The notes beneath the pieces were generated by a model. It made no database searches. It saw only the letters and a list, made by a program, of their open reading frames with translations, and was not told the DNA's origin. A program made the translations under genes and the position numbers. Of a stretch of 64,000 nt of DNA, positions 9,882 through 19,978 are shown one piece after another (the stretch's first letter is position 1; each line of letters opens with the position of its first letter). Source of the DNA: a virus; the IMG/VR virus record IMGVR_UViG_3300045256_000135, positions 32,001 through 96,000 of that record. One strand, 5' to 3'.

Positions 9882-10147
9882 AGTGGGCAATTGCTATAGT
9901 CGCATTTCTCATTGCTTGTGAAGGCCCGGCGGTAAAGCCAGCTACCGGGCCAGGCACTGAGTACCCCTGCGGAGTTCGTGGCATCTCTTGCGGCAATCAC
10001 ATGTGTTGCTGGGAAGGAGACGAATGTGGCTCCGACAGACCTGGTAGCACATGTCCAGCCGATATGTGCTGTTGGGTAGGCACACCCGGTGGATTTTCAG
10101 CGCGGAGAACAGTTACACCCTACCACCAGATTCAGGACAAACGATGA
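9878..10147 (+). CDS. Cys-rich lipoprotein
   Basis: Signal peptide ending LIAC; many Cys in the mature part. Confidence 0.7.
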   Translation: MKWAIAIVAFLIACEGPAVKPATGPGTEYPCGVRGISCGNHMCCWEGDECGSDRPGSTCPADMCCWVGTPGGFSARRTVTPYHQIQDKR

Positions 10148-10488
10148 TTGACGAAGCGACATTAGCAGAGGTTTCTCCAGGGGTTCGGCAGCTCGTTAAG
10201 TTGCTGAACGAACTTGACTTCGAAACCACTGACAGTGGAGATGGCTCGAACTACCTCGAGGGGATGGAAGGCGCTCTTCCTGAACCAAACGTAGCGATGG
10301 TTGTCAAACCAGAGCAGCTGATCTCTGAATCCGAGAGGCTAAAAGAGGTCCTTGAACGCCGAGGGGTTCGGTTTGGCTTCGGAGACGATGATCTCCCAGT
10401 GATCTCTGCTTCGTACAACCCCGTTGATAAGACTTGCGTTATTCTGCTGCTCGGAGTAAATGACAAGTCTCTTCAGCAACTGTCATGA
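10144..10488 (+). CDS. Hypothetical protein
   Basis: ATGA overlap with the upstream gene. Confidence 0.6.
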   Translation: MIDEATLAEVSPGVRQLVKLLNELDFETTDSGDGSNYLEGMEGALPEPNVAMVVKPEQLISESERLKEVLERRGVRFGFGDDDLPVISASYNPVDKTCVILLLGVNDKSLQQLS

Positions 10489-10674
10489 TCCGCATCGACG
10501 ATCGCACGCGTTATCAAGTGATCGTCGTAAATCAGACAGTGCACATTGTTGTTGAGGAGCATCTGCAACTCAAGCGTTTAGAGGGGTGGTTTGCATCTGA
10601 CGAGAAGGGCTTGTGCATGTCTAAGAAGCAAGCTCGAGAATTGTTAGCCGAACTTGTGGAGAAACTCGATGCGG

Positions 10675-10974
10675 ATGATGCTGATTAGTTTGGTTGTTGT
10701 CACTCTGGCTTGTGGAGCTTCGCCTCCAGCGCCCCAGGACCCATCACGGAAACCACAAGATCAGTGGCCCGATGAGTCCGGTGGGGTGATGGATTCTTGT
10801 GCTAGAGCTTGCCGGGTTTTGTGGCAGTACAACTGCCCTGAAGCCTTGCCTCCCCGCTCTGCTAAGAATTGCACAGAACTTTGTCGAAGCAGACCTCAAC
10901 TTTTCATGGCGGATTGTGTAGCTGAGGTAACTACCAAAGCTGAGCTTTCTGAATGTGCAGTTCGATGCCAGTGA
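10675..10974 (+). CDS. Cys-rich lipoprotein
   Basis: Lipobox TLAC; CxxxC pairs. Confidence 0.7.
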   Translation: MMLISLVVVTLACGASPPAPQDPSRKPQDQWPDESGGVMDSCARACRVLWQYNCPEALPPRSAKNCTELCRSRPQLFMADCVAEVTTKAELSECAVRCQ

Positions 10975-11246
10975 TGTGGTATTCACGTCTGCTTGGAGTT
11001 GGCGTTGTTGCCAGTTGGAAAAATCGACGAGTGATCATCTGCACTGACACTCACGTAATCGATTTGTCTCCGTGGACAGTGCAGATCTTCACACCCGAAT
11101 GCGGCTCGGAAGATACACACTAAGCAAAGCGTCGACCCCAAACCTCCTGAGATTCGCTAGGTGGTTAGGGTTGGATCTACGCAAAGTCAACACACGAATG
11201 AAGTTAATCGATAAGGTAGTTCGACATCTAGATTCACTAGACCTCC

Positions 11247-12056
11247 ATGAACATCGTCGCTAACGAACACGTCATGAACCCCTACGACAGCATGCTGTTC
11301 AACATTCCGTTTCCCCAGAACCCTATCACTGGGACAGAGTTTGCTAAGCAAATCTGGGATGTGAACGGGCAATTTCGCGAGGATCGGATCTGCCAGGCAC
11401 TACTTGACGGACATGTTCCAGCATGGCTCAGAACACCTGTAGAGCTGGATTTGAACGAGCATGTGCAGATTCTGGTGCTTCCAGATGTGCTGTGTATTGG
11501 TACGTCGGACGACTATCTCTACATTCCCGCTTGGCCAGCAACGTACCAGAAGGTAGCTAACGCTTGGAATGCCTGTCTGATCACTCAGAAACTTTCTGAC
11601 CTGATCTGGTCCAAGGCTACGCATCTAGCTCCAAACCCGCTCCCACCTTCGGTGAGAATGTCATCAACTGAATACTACGTGATGCATAGTCGTGTTCAGC
11701 AGAAGCAGTATGGTGACGTGTCAGGCATTGGAAAGGGTGATTTCGTTGCAGGTCACAAGAAAGATGTAGTGGTGACTCCGTCATTGCTAACGCACCCAAA
11801 GAACGTTGCAATCTATGGCTGGCACCAAAGCAATGGCATCCCAATTCAGGGTGGCTCCAAGCACGTGGTTCAGGTGGACGCACACAGCAACACGTATGTC
11901 GACTATAGTCATGGTTGCAGACTGCTATGCAATACTGTATACATCGACAATGAGCCAATTGATATAAGTCAGGTATACCAACGGCAAGACCTTCATTCGC
12001 TCTTTGCCTCAGAGCCATTCACCCCCGATAAGGTTTGGTGGCGGTATCCACTGTGA
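11247..12056 (+). CDS. Conserved uncharacterised protein, possible cell-envelope enzyme
   Basis: AGHKKDVV...VAIYGWH...PIQ...H...YVDYSHG motifs recalled from bacterial hypothetical proteins. Confidence 0.55.
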   Translation: MNIVANEHVMNPYDSMLFNIPFPQNPITGTEFAKQIWDVNGQFREDRICQALLDGHVPAWLRTPVELDLNEHVQILVLPDVLCIGTSDDYLYIPAWPATYQKVANAWNACLITQKLSDLIWSKATHLAPNPLPPSVRMSSTEYYVMHSRVQQKQYGDVSGIGKGDFVAGHKKDVVVTPSLLTHPKNVAIYGWHQSNGIPIQGGSKHVVQVDAHSNTYVDYSHGCRLLCNTVYIDNEPIDISQVYQRQDLHSLFASEPFTPDKVWWRYPL

Positions 12057-12365
12057 AGAAAGCGTGGCGACAACGAGTGTTTGAGTTGCTGCTGTATCTG
12101 ACAGTGGCATTCGAGCTACTGTGCCTTGTTCGAGAATTCCCACCATGACACATGCTTTCTGCTCCTCACTAACCACCAAGGGTCGAAAGTACCACATTCG
12201 CAAACTAGACTCGGATGGGTATCGCTTTCAGGGTGGGGTAACCACTTCAAGCCTTTGCGGGTTTATACAACCTGGTGACGGCTACGACATCTCTCTGCCA
12301 ATCACATCTGATGAGTTGCTCTGGTGTTGTCCAAAGTGCCGTGATGCCTACAAGGTAAATAGCAA

Positions 12366-13091
12366 ATGATGAAGGACATGCGGTGCAAAATCTGCAACCT
12401 AGAGAAGTGGAACCCCACGCTCTATACACAGGTGCACACTCAACGTGCAAAGGGCTTCTCTATCCAGGTGATCTTCAGCTGGCTGAATACCGAGATTCAG
12501 CACTGGAACGCAGCAAACCCTAAGGATCAGAAGCACGCAATCTCTGACACGAGTATCCAGAACCACTTCGCCAAACACGTCCCAGTGGAGCTTCAGACAG
12601 CTGCTAAGGTTGCTCCTGTTCTTCAGCTAGTTACGAATACTCAATCGCCGAATTCGAACAAGCTTGAGGCACTTGCCTCAGCAGCATCTGTTTTGGACGC
12701 GGACCTGTCAGACTTCCAGAAGTATCATGCATTGGTAGAGACCGTCGAGAAACGCTTTCAAGAGATCAATGAGGGCATTGATACTGCAACCGAAACTGAA
12801 ACCCGGATTGCATTTTTGAATGCGTTCCGCAGTTTGGCTGATCTCCTTGGGAGATTGCGGAAGGACGCAATTCAAGTCAGACAGCAAGACAACTTGCTCA
12901 GTAAAGCGATTGAGTCTGCGATGCTTACGTATTCGCAGACGTCCATTACTGAGATGTTGAAAGCAGTTGACAAGCTTGCTGGTAAAGATCAGGAGCTTGT
13001 AGCAAAGATGAAAGAGGAGATCGCTAGAATTCTCCGCGATAGCGCTAAGGTAACGATTGACGCGATTAAAGAGCAGTTCAAGGTAGCATGA
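12366..13091 (+). CDS. Zn-binding/HTH DNA-binding protein, possible terminase small subunit
   Basis: CKIC...ISDTSIQNHFAKH followed by a helical coiled region. Confidence 0.45.
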   Translation: MMKDMRCKICNLEKWNPTLYTQVHTQRAKGFSIQVIFSWLNTEIQHWNAANPKDQKHAISDTSIQNHFAKHVPVELQTAAKVAPVLQLVTNTQSPNSNKLEALASAASVLDADLSDFQKYHALVETVEKRFQEINEGIDTATETETRIAFLNAFRSLADLLGRLRKDAIQVRQQDNLLSKAIESAMLTYSQTSITEMLKAVDKLAGKDQELVAKMKEEIARILRDSAKVTIDAIKEQFKVA

Positions 13092-13471
13092 TGGAGGCAA
13101 GCTTGGCTCACAAGGTAAAGACGAATCCACTTCCGGTTAATGACACTTGGGAGACTGTCGAGATTCTTCCGACAAACCTCAAGAAGGACACGACTCACGT
13201 CGTTGTTCACATGTTAGAGGACGTGGTGTTTGAGAACGATGGAGCTGATGGTCCACTGCTCCTCGAGAAGAATTTCGCCTATGAGCTGTACGTTGAGACT
13301 TGTGGTGGGACAATGACGCCAAACTTCTACGTCCCAAGTCAGTCAAAACACCCAGCTCGAAAAGGAGTCGAAATCATTGTTCCAACTGGGTCTTTTGTGA
13401 TCATAGCTGAACGTGATCCACGTGAGCACCCACCTGTGATTGAGGACTGGTCCAAGGGATTCAAGCGTTGA
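13088..13471 (+). CDS. Hypothetical protein
   Basis: ATGA overlap. Confidence 0.6.
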   Translation: MMEASLAHKVKTNPLPVNDTWETVEILPTNLKKDTTHVVVHMLEDVVFENDGADGPLLLEKNFAYELYVETCGGTMTPNFYVPSQSKHPARKGVEIIVPTGSFVIIAERDPREHPPVIEDWSKGFKR

Positions 13472-13472
13472 T

Positions 13473-13511
13473 CCTTGATTTCTCTGAGTCCATCATTATG
13501 ATCATTGTATG
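13473..13511 (+). promoter_or_regulatory. Class-1 promoter, copy 3, leaderless
   Basis: TTGATT(13475)-N16-TATGAT(13497)-CATTGT-ATG(13509). Confidence 0.8.
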
Positions 13512-13787
13512 AAGAAGAAATCTTCCGAAACAATTACGTTCAGTGACTACGGGCGCTCTACTGTCTGGGATCAGTTTTACCAGATGGGATTGCAGGCTGG
13601 TCTTCAGCAGCTGGGGAGCACCGGCAAGCTCGAGGAGGTCGACGAAGGGACTGTCAAGGCAGTTACCAAGTTTGCTTCTCAGTTTGCTTCGGCTGCTTAC
13701 GCAACCCGTAAGAAGTCTCGTGATGAGTACAACAAGTCCAAGGCTGTTGTTGACGAGTTCGGCGAAGATGACGAGGACAGCGAATGA
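13509..13787 (+). CDS. Hypothetical protein
   Basis: ATG directly follows the promoter motif. Confidence 0.7.
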   Translation: MKKKSSETITFSDYGRSTVWDQFYQMGLQAGLQQLGSTGKLEEVDEGTVKAVTKFASQFASAAYATRKKSRDEYNKSKAVVDEFGEDDEDSE

Positions 13788-14211
13788 TCAAGCACACAAT
13801 CAGTGCTCTGAGCAAACGAAGGGATGAGGTCAAGGCCAAGATTGATCTCCTGCTCGAGCGGTCAGCGAAACTCAATGTACGCGTTGGCTTCGCGCCTCGG
13901 ATCAACGCTGGTAAGACTCACGTTAGTGAGTTGAGAGAAGAGGTTCTGATTCTGCAAAGGCTGACTACTGACACTTTGGTAGCTCTGGCCATTCTCGAGG
14001 AGTTAGAAGAGGAGCTTGCGGGATGAAGCTCACAAAACAAGGTGTCAGAAACCTGGACCATCTCCCGTCGATCTCAAAGGGTGTTCGATTGCCAGAGCCT
14101 CCTGTTCCAGTTGCTTGCAAACACAAAAGTAAGCGTGAGGTTGATTTTTACGGGTTGTGTCTGACAATCTGTAATGATTGTGACAAAACGCTTAGCGAAT
14201 ACTAATAGTTT

Positions 14212-14283
14212 TCTGGTGTAGCTCAGTGGAAGAGCAATCGGCTGTTAACCGATCGGTCGTAGGTTCGACCCCTACCACCAGAG
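14212..14283 (+). tRNA. tRNA-Asn(GTT)
   Basis: Acceptor TCTGGTG/CACCAGA; anticodon arm ATCGG-CTGTTAA-CCGAT; GGTTCGAC T-loop. Confidence 0.95.
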
Positions 14284-14288
14284 CAAAT

Positions 14289-14362
<74 letters not shown>

Positions 14363-14373
14363 CGGAGGACTTT

Positions 14374-14748
14374 ATGGACGAAACTCTTCGTAAACCTTAC
14401 GACCAGCGTCTGTCGTACATTGCTGGTCTGAAAGATGGATGGTTCAAAGAAGGGGAGGGTCGTGCACCTTCTCTGGCAGCCATTGCGTATGCTCGAGCGC
14501 TGCTTGATCGGCTCAACCTGAACACCAATTTCGGTGTTTACCCCATGGGCGATGGTGGTATCCAGTTCGAATTACACTCAACCAAGTGTGTGATCTCACT
14601 TGAGATCCCCTACTCCGCAGATTCCGAGCACGCTCAGATCAATGTGGCTATGTCATCCGCTGATGTTGATGTCGAAGTCAGAGTCAAGGTACAGGCTATT
14701 GATCGGGTGGCGAAGTGGTGGGAGCGCTTGTCGATTGTCCAGGAGTAA
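14374..14748 (+). CDS. Hypothetical phage protein
   Basis: GGAGG SD. Confidence 0.7.
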   Translation: MDETLRKPYDQRLSYIAGLKDGWFKEGEGRAPSLAAIAYARALLDRLNLNTNFGVYPMGDGGIQFELHSTKCVISLEIPYSADSEHAQINVAMSSADVDVEVRVKVQAIDRVAKWWERLSIVQE

Positions 14749-14751
14749 GTA

Positions 14752-15264
14752 ATGAAATCGGTCTACGTTGCAGCTCGGTCGAAAGAGTTGGTTCGTGCTA
14801 AGGAAGTGATGCGTGGTCTCGAAAAGATCGGGTTTAGCATCACGTTTGACTGGACAGAAGAGATTCTGAAAAACCGTGCAAAATACGGGAAGTTCGAAAC
14901 TACTCCCGAGCGCGTGCACAGGGCAAACGCTAGACAAGATGTGTTAGGTGTGCTCAGGGCGTCAACTCTCGTGCTACTTCTTCCGCAGACGCCTGAGAAT
15001 CTACCGGTCTATGAGACGACCCCAGGTAGTTGGGTGGAGCTTGGAGTCAAGATCGGGCAGATGTACGAAGCTCGACCGTTTGGTGGTAGCAATTTCCGTG
15101 AACAATCTCTTCGCTGGTCAGATGTAAAGAGCCTGAGTCCGTATCAGATTCTGATCAGTGGACCTGACCCGAAGTCGATTTTCACATCGTTTTCAACCAA
15201 GAAACGGTTCGCAACAGATGCGGCGCTCATCAAGCACCTTGACAGACTCGAGCGTGGCCAATGA
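14752..15264 (+). CDS. Nucleoside 2-deoxyribosyltransferase-like protein
   Basis: VYVAA...ITFDWT...DVLGV...GSWVELG. Confidence 0.65.
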   Translation: MKSVYVAARSKELVRAKEVMRGLEKIGFSITFDWTEEILKNRAKYGKFETTPERVHRANARQDVLGVLRASTLVLLLPQTPENLPVYETTPGSWVELGVKIGQMYEARPFGGSNFREQSLRWSDVKSLSPYQILISGPDPKSIFTSFSTKKRFATDAALIKHLDRLERGQ

Positions 15265-15662
15265 AGGTTGTGGTCGGCGGAGGTCGAACCTTTGGTGACG
15301 AACGGAACCCGTCCGGTGGTCTGACTGACAAGGCTATCAATGAACGAGCTTTGCTGAAGCAGACGCTGGATCAGATTCATCGAGAGACACCAATCACATT
15401 GCTGATCCACGGTGGAGCTATGGGTGCTGATCACCACGCAGTACAGTGGGCGATGGAACGAAACGTACCACGCAAAGAGTTCCCTGCTAATTGGTTGATT
15501 GGACGTCAAGCTGGCCCAATCCGCAACCGCAGGATGATTCGCGAAGGCCAACCTGATTTGGTAGTGGTGTTCCCAGGTGGTACGGGAACTGCTCATCTGA
15601 CGAATGAGGCAAAACTAGCATCGGTTCCCGTTCAAACTGTACTAAGCACCGGAGAAGGCTGA
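15261..15662 (+). CDS. YspA/DUF2493 SLOG-family protein
   Basis: VVGGGR.F, IHGGA.GAD, AGPIRN..M, FPGGTGT. Confidence 0.9.
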   Translation: MKVVVGGGRTFGDERNPSGGLTDKAINERALLKQTLDQIHRETPITLLIHGGAMGADHHAVQWAMERNVPRKEFPANWLIGRQAGPIRNRRMIREGQPDLVVVFPGGTGTAHLTNEAKLASVPVQTVLSTGEG

Positions 15663-16388
15663 TGGTGACAAAGAGGGTGCTTGACGACTTGAAGCTCATT
15701 CGTGAGCAAGCCCATGGTGGTGTTGCAAGGTGGGCTGATTATACGTCTTTGTCGGATGCGCTGTTACCTCAGTTGATACAAGCAGCGCAAGAGTTGCTTG
15801 ATCTTAAAGCCGCTACGCAACTCTGTCCCCAACACAAACCTTCCGGCGGCTACATTGCGCGATGCCTGGTTTGCACGGTAACAGAACAACATCGGGCGCT
15901 ATCAGCAATTGGATGCATCCTCGAGAAGACTGAGGTGTGTCTGTACGATTTGAGCGGAGATGTGAACGACGTAGTGAAACTGGCATCCGAGAAAGTGAGC
16001 GCACCATGACTGACGCTGAACGAGAAGCAGAGACTAAGCGGATTGCCCTAGGCCTTCGAGCTAAGGATCCGAAGCTGGCTGAGATCTGGTTTTGGTCTTT
16101 CACACCTTTGCCAATTGGCTTGCCAAGCGACGAACAGCTGGAAGAGGGTAGGCAGCTGCTCAGTGGCGAACTGACTCTTGCCCAACTTTCCGAGAAGCAT
16201 CCGGGGGTTTAACGTGGCAGTTGCATGCGAAATCTGCAAAGCTGGGTTGGACATTCACGAAGATGCTGGCTATGGTTATGCAAGTGCTCAGGAACTTCCA
16301 ACGCATCTCTGCGATAGATGCAGAAAGAATGTATCCTCGGGCATTCGAAAGATTGTGGAATGCTTGAAGCGTTCCAACGAAGTTGTTC

Positions 16389-16462
16389 GCGCCGATAGCT
16401 CCAACGGTTAGAGCAAAGGCCTTATAAGCCTGAGGTTGCTGGTTCAAGTCCAGCTCGGCGTA
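16389..16462 (+). tRNA. tRNA-Ile(TAT)
   Basis: Acceptor GCGCCGA/TCGGCGT plus A73; AGGC-CTTATAA-GCCT; GGTTCAAGTCC. Confidence 0.85.
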
Positions 16463-16501
16463 CTATGGTGTTGACAGTAGTTCCACGATCTTTGCTCAGA
16501 T

Positions 16502-16540
16502 CCTTGATTTTTGGATGGTCATTATTATGATCATTGTATG
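16502..16540 (+). promoter_or_regulatory. Class-1 promoter, copy 4, leaderless
   Basis: TTGATT(16504)-N16-TATGAT(16526)-CATTGT-ATG(16538). Confidence 0.8.
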
Positions 16541-16723
16541 GAAGCCAAAGTAGCAAAGATCATTTCGGAGTTGGAGAGCAACGCTGATAGCAAGCTCCGA
16601 GATGTTGGAGCAAAGCTTCGAGAGCTCTACGCAATGGCTCCGTTCACTGCTTACGAACTCCGAGATATCGCGAAGCAGATGCTGATCGAGGCACGGGCCA
16701 AAGAGGCGAAAACTACGACCTAG
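16538..16723 (+). CDS. Hypothetical protein (start reassigned to ATG 16538)
   Basis: ATG directly follows the promoter motif. Confidence 0.65.
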   Translation: MEAKVAKIISELESNADSKLRDVGAKLRELYAMAPFTAYELRDIAKQMLIEARAKEAKTTT

Positions 16724-17591
16724 CGAAGGGGGCGAGAGATGACAATGGATGAATCGATTCGAGCTGTTGCTGAGGCGTTTCCTGGAGCAGAGATCCACCT
16801 CTGCTATAGCGGAAAGCAGTTTCAGGTATCTATCATTGTCGGACCGTTTCTAGTGCTTGGTTCGGGTGCAAGTCTAGCGGATGCTATGAACTGCGCTCTC
16901 GACGACGCTCGTCGGACTAAGTGGTGGACTGGTACACCGGCGGTTTTGAGGTTGCGGAAAGCGAAGGTAGCATGAAGAAGCCACCGAGCAAGGTGTATGT
17001 GGACGTCGCCAATCCCGAGAATCCAGGGTTTGCTTACACAGAGGAGGAGCACTCCCATCCTGCCAACGCCGAACGGCGAGCGTTCCGCGTGCTTTACGTC
17101 CTCGCACCCCGCCCAAAGCGAAAGGTACTTTGTTGGGTGTTGAGGGATAACGATGATGATGAATTCGTCTGCCCTAAGACGGTCTCTGATCGTGGAACCC
17201 ATCCCAACAGAACGTTTGCTTTGCGTTTCCCCACTAAGCACCACGCACGAGAGTATCGTGAAAGTGAAGGCTTCCTCGAAAACATCTGCCCCGAACCCAT
17301 CTATCGTAAGGAGAGTAAGTGATGACTCAGAAAATGACTCGAGCTCAGTGGCTAGAAGGGATGAAGTTGGCTAAGACTGCAGTTGCCGAGTGCAGTAAAG
17401 TGATCGAGCAACATCGTCAAAGCAAAGCAATGCTGGAAAACCAGATTTACACTACGGAACAAGCTTTGGCCAAGGCTAAAGAACGCATCGTAGCTCTGGT
17501 GATGTCGGAACCAGCCGAAGACGACGAAGACGACTTGGACAAAGAGCCGGGTCCTCCTGCGGATGACTCGTTCGGGTTTCGTTGATACAAT

Positions 17592-17677
17592 GGCCCCTTG
17601 GCGGAACAGGCAGACGCAAGGGACTTAAAATCTCTAGTCGAAATGACGTGAGGGTTCAAATCCCTCAGGGGCTACCA
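17592..17677 (+). tRNA. tRNA-Leu(TAA) with encoded CCA
   Basis: GGCCCCT/AGGGGCT-A-CCA; AGGGA-CTTAAAA-TCTCT; long variable arm. Confidence 0.95.
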
Positions 17678-18057
17678 TGGAAAAGCAGGTTGATAAACGC
17701 GAGTTTTGGTGGGTTTGGGAGTGGGACCACCAATCGGTAAAGGACTGCCGACTCGATTTCACTTCAGTGTCTAGATGGAGACGAGGGTGGGTGACGCTGT
17801 ACAAGCTCACCACCGAAGGGGACTCACAATGGTGGGTTTACCTCCCGTTTAACATCGGTTTCGGATTTTCTTTCCCAAAGGGCAAATGAAGCTTCACATC
17901 ACGTTTTCGATCGAAGTTCCAGATGGCACACGAGTCAGTGACTTTCATCAGATTGTGCAAGAAGCTAAGCAGCTTCTACTTAGAGGGTCGTGGCCACACG
18001 TCGGAGTTGTTCAGGTAAGTAGGGAGCCTCGAGAGTCTGGGGCTAGGGCGATTCAAG

Positions 18058-18396
18058 ATGCATCCTCTCCGCGCATTCAAACTGGCTGATGAGCACGTTG
18101 GTAGCCCTGATCAGAGGAACTACCGACTAGCAGCAATTGCCATACGCAAGGACGGGTGCTTAGTAACCGCTCGGAATATCTCGAATTCGAGTCCGACGAT
18201 TGCTTGCCATGCTGAGGGGCGCCTTATGCGTAAGGCTGGAGCAGGCGCTACGGTATTTGTTCTTAGACGCAATCAAAAAGGCTGGGCAAATGCTAGACCT
18301 TGTCCGCGTTGTGAAGCTCTGATGCGGGCTCGAAAGGTTCTTCGGTGCTTCTATACGGTTGGCCCCAACGAATGGGGTTGCATCGAAATGAGGTGA
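18058..18396 (+). CDS. Zn-dependent cytidine/dCMP deaminase-superfamily protein
   Basis: HAE...ARPCPRC. Confidence 0.85.
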   Translation: MHPLRAFKLADEHVGSPDQRNYRLAAIAIRKDGCLVTARNISNSSPTIACHAEGRLMRKAGAGATVFVLRRNQKGWANARPCPRCEALMRARKVLRCFYTVGPNEWGCIEMR

Positions 18397-18399
18397 ACA

Positions 18400-19061
18400 G
18401 TGTTTAAGCTGACTACGTCCAAGGCTGAGATTACGCAAGACCAACTGCTTGAAACCGCTAGGTTTGCACTGCCAAAGTGGCCAGCTCTTGTGGTTGGCGG
18501 AGAGCGTGTTTCTCGAGAACAGGCACAAGAGATCCTCATTCGAACTGACGACTGGGACCACTTTACAAACGATCACGAATTCCGGTCGCAGATCTTGACG
18601 ACAGTGGGGATTCCGTTTAAGGTTGAGCATGGCCACGTCCAGCCAGATTGGGAGCACATGTTTCGAGCTGGGTTGGTGGTCCAAAAGGGTGGTGCGATTG
18701 GGATGGAAACATTGGTTGCAACACTTACAACATCGGCAAGTACCCTTCAGCAGCTGACGTGCTAGAAGATTGGCTAACTATTGCTGCAGAGTTCCCGTTC
18801 TTGAACCTGTTTGCTCAGCTGTATTCTGGCGAAAGCGGCGAAGACAACATCGAACCAGTGGTGGAATACCTAGTGTCGGAGGGTAGGGTTACGATACAGA
18901 CGCCAGATAAGTCGATCAGTATCAGACACCTCCGCCCTACCTCAACACTCACAGCTGACCTTATGCAAATCTTCGGCAACCCACACCGTGAGCGAGGTGT
19001 TGCTCTCCCAATGCTCAAAGAAGCTGTAGACCTGGTTCGACGTAAGAGAGCAGCTGCATGA
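18400..19061 (+). pseudogene. Single hypothetical phage gene apparently split by a frameshift near 18650
   Basis: Overlapping ORFs 18400-18765 and 18648-19061; the second has only a TTG start without an SD. Confidence 0.5.
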
Positions 19062-19696
19062 GCCCTTTGGAGCAAGCAGCTGGTACACTTGGAGCTCTTG
19101 GTGTCACCATGTACTACAAAGCGCTTTCGACGTCAGGTACTGCAACTATACCGAGTACTTGGCATTCAGCAGATTGGCATTCAGCAACTTGGGACATCGA
19201 TCCTCCGACTGGGGAATCAGTTTCAATGTCAGTGCAGCTGGTTGATGACACAGATGGCAACGTGCACGAAGTGTCACCAGTATTTCCAACTGAGATGGAA
19301 AAGGTCACACCAGACTTGATGGTGGTGAACGGTGAGTGGACTCAGCTAGTTGAGTCACTGATAAAGTGGATTTCGTACAACACACCAAAGTTCTCTGGTA
19401 TGGTAACGGCTCGTCTCAAAGCTGACGAGAGGTGGTTTAGTTTCTCTATCGAGCCACCGTATCACGGAGCAACTTTGATCCGGTTCAGGTGGATTGAGGA
19501 GGATGGTGGAGGGTCTCTGCGGGAGCTTCGCGAACTCCCACCTGAAGCTCGATCAGCTTTTGTGGAGTCCATCGACGACTTGATCGAGACTCTGGTCCAA
19601 ACCCACCACGAGCAGGTACAGTCGGGGTTGCTCGCAAACAGTCTGTTGAAGGACAAGATTCAGCAACTAACCATTGGTAAACCTGTCTCCAAATGA
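19058..19696 (+). CDS. Hypothetical protein
   Basis: ATGA overlap; 212 aa. Confidence 0.65.
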   Translation: MSPLEQAAGTLGALGVTMYYKALSTSGTATIPSTWHSADWHSATWDIDPPTGESVSMSVQLVDDTDGNVHEVSPVFPTEMEKVTPDLMVVNGEWTQLVESLIKWISYNTPKFSGMVTARLKADERWFSFSIEPPYHGATLIRFRWIEEDGGGSLRELRELPPEARSAFVESIDDLIETLVQTHHEQVQSGLLANSLLKDKIQQLTIGKPVSK

Positions 19697-19749
19697 GTTC
19701 TAGGTGTACGTAGCTATATAGTTAGCTGTGAGAAATCGACATCTGATAG
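19696..19749 (+). repeat. Palindromic intergenic element, copy A
   Basis: AGTTCTAG...AGCTA-N6-TAGCTGTG..AAATCGACATCT.ATAG, shared with 53691-53743. Confidence 0.8.
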
Positions 19750-19762
19750 CATTGATCCGACT

Positions 19763-19801
19763 CCTTGATTTCTGATCGATCATCATTATGATCATTGTAT
19801 G
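19763..19801 (+). promoter_or_regulatory. Class-1 promoter, copy 5, leaderless
   Basis: TTGATT(19765)-N16-TATGAT(19787)-CATTGT-ATG(19799). Confidence 0.8.
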
Positions 19802-19978
19802 AGCGATCCAAAAGTGAAGTGCCGGATCTGCAAAAACGAAACCCCGTGGTCTCAGTGGTTGTACGTTGGCGAGCAACCATCTGCGGATGACGGATTCAAA
19901 CTCGTTCTGAAGAACTGTCCGAAATGTCCAGACGGGCGCTCCAACACTCAGTCTATGACGGTGGTTGATGAGAACTAA
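19799..19978 (+). CDS. 59-aa Zn-ribbon protein not in the ORF track
   Basis: MSDPKVKCRICK...NCPKCP...DEN*; starts at the promoter ATG. Confidence 0.7.
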   Translation: MSDPKVKCRICKNETPWSQWLYVGEQPSADDGFKLVLKNCPKCPDGRSNTQSMTVVDEN

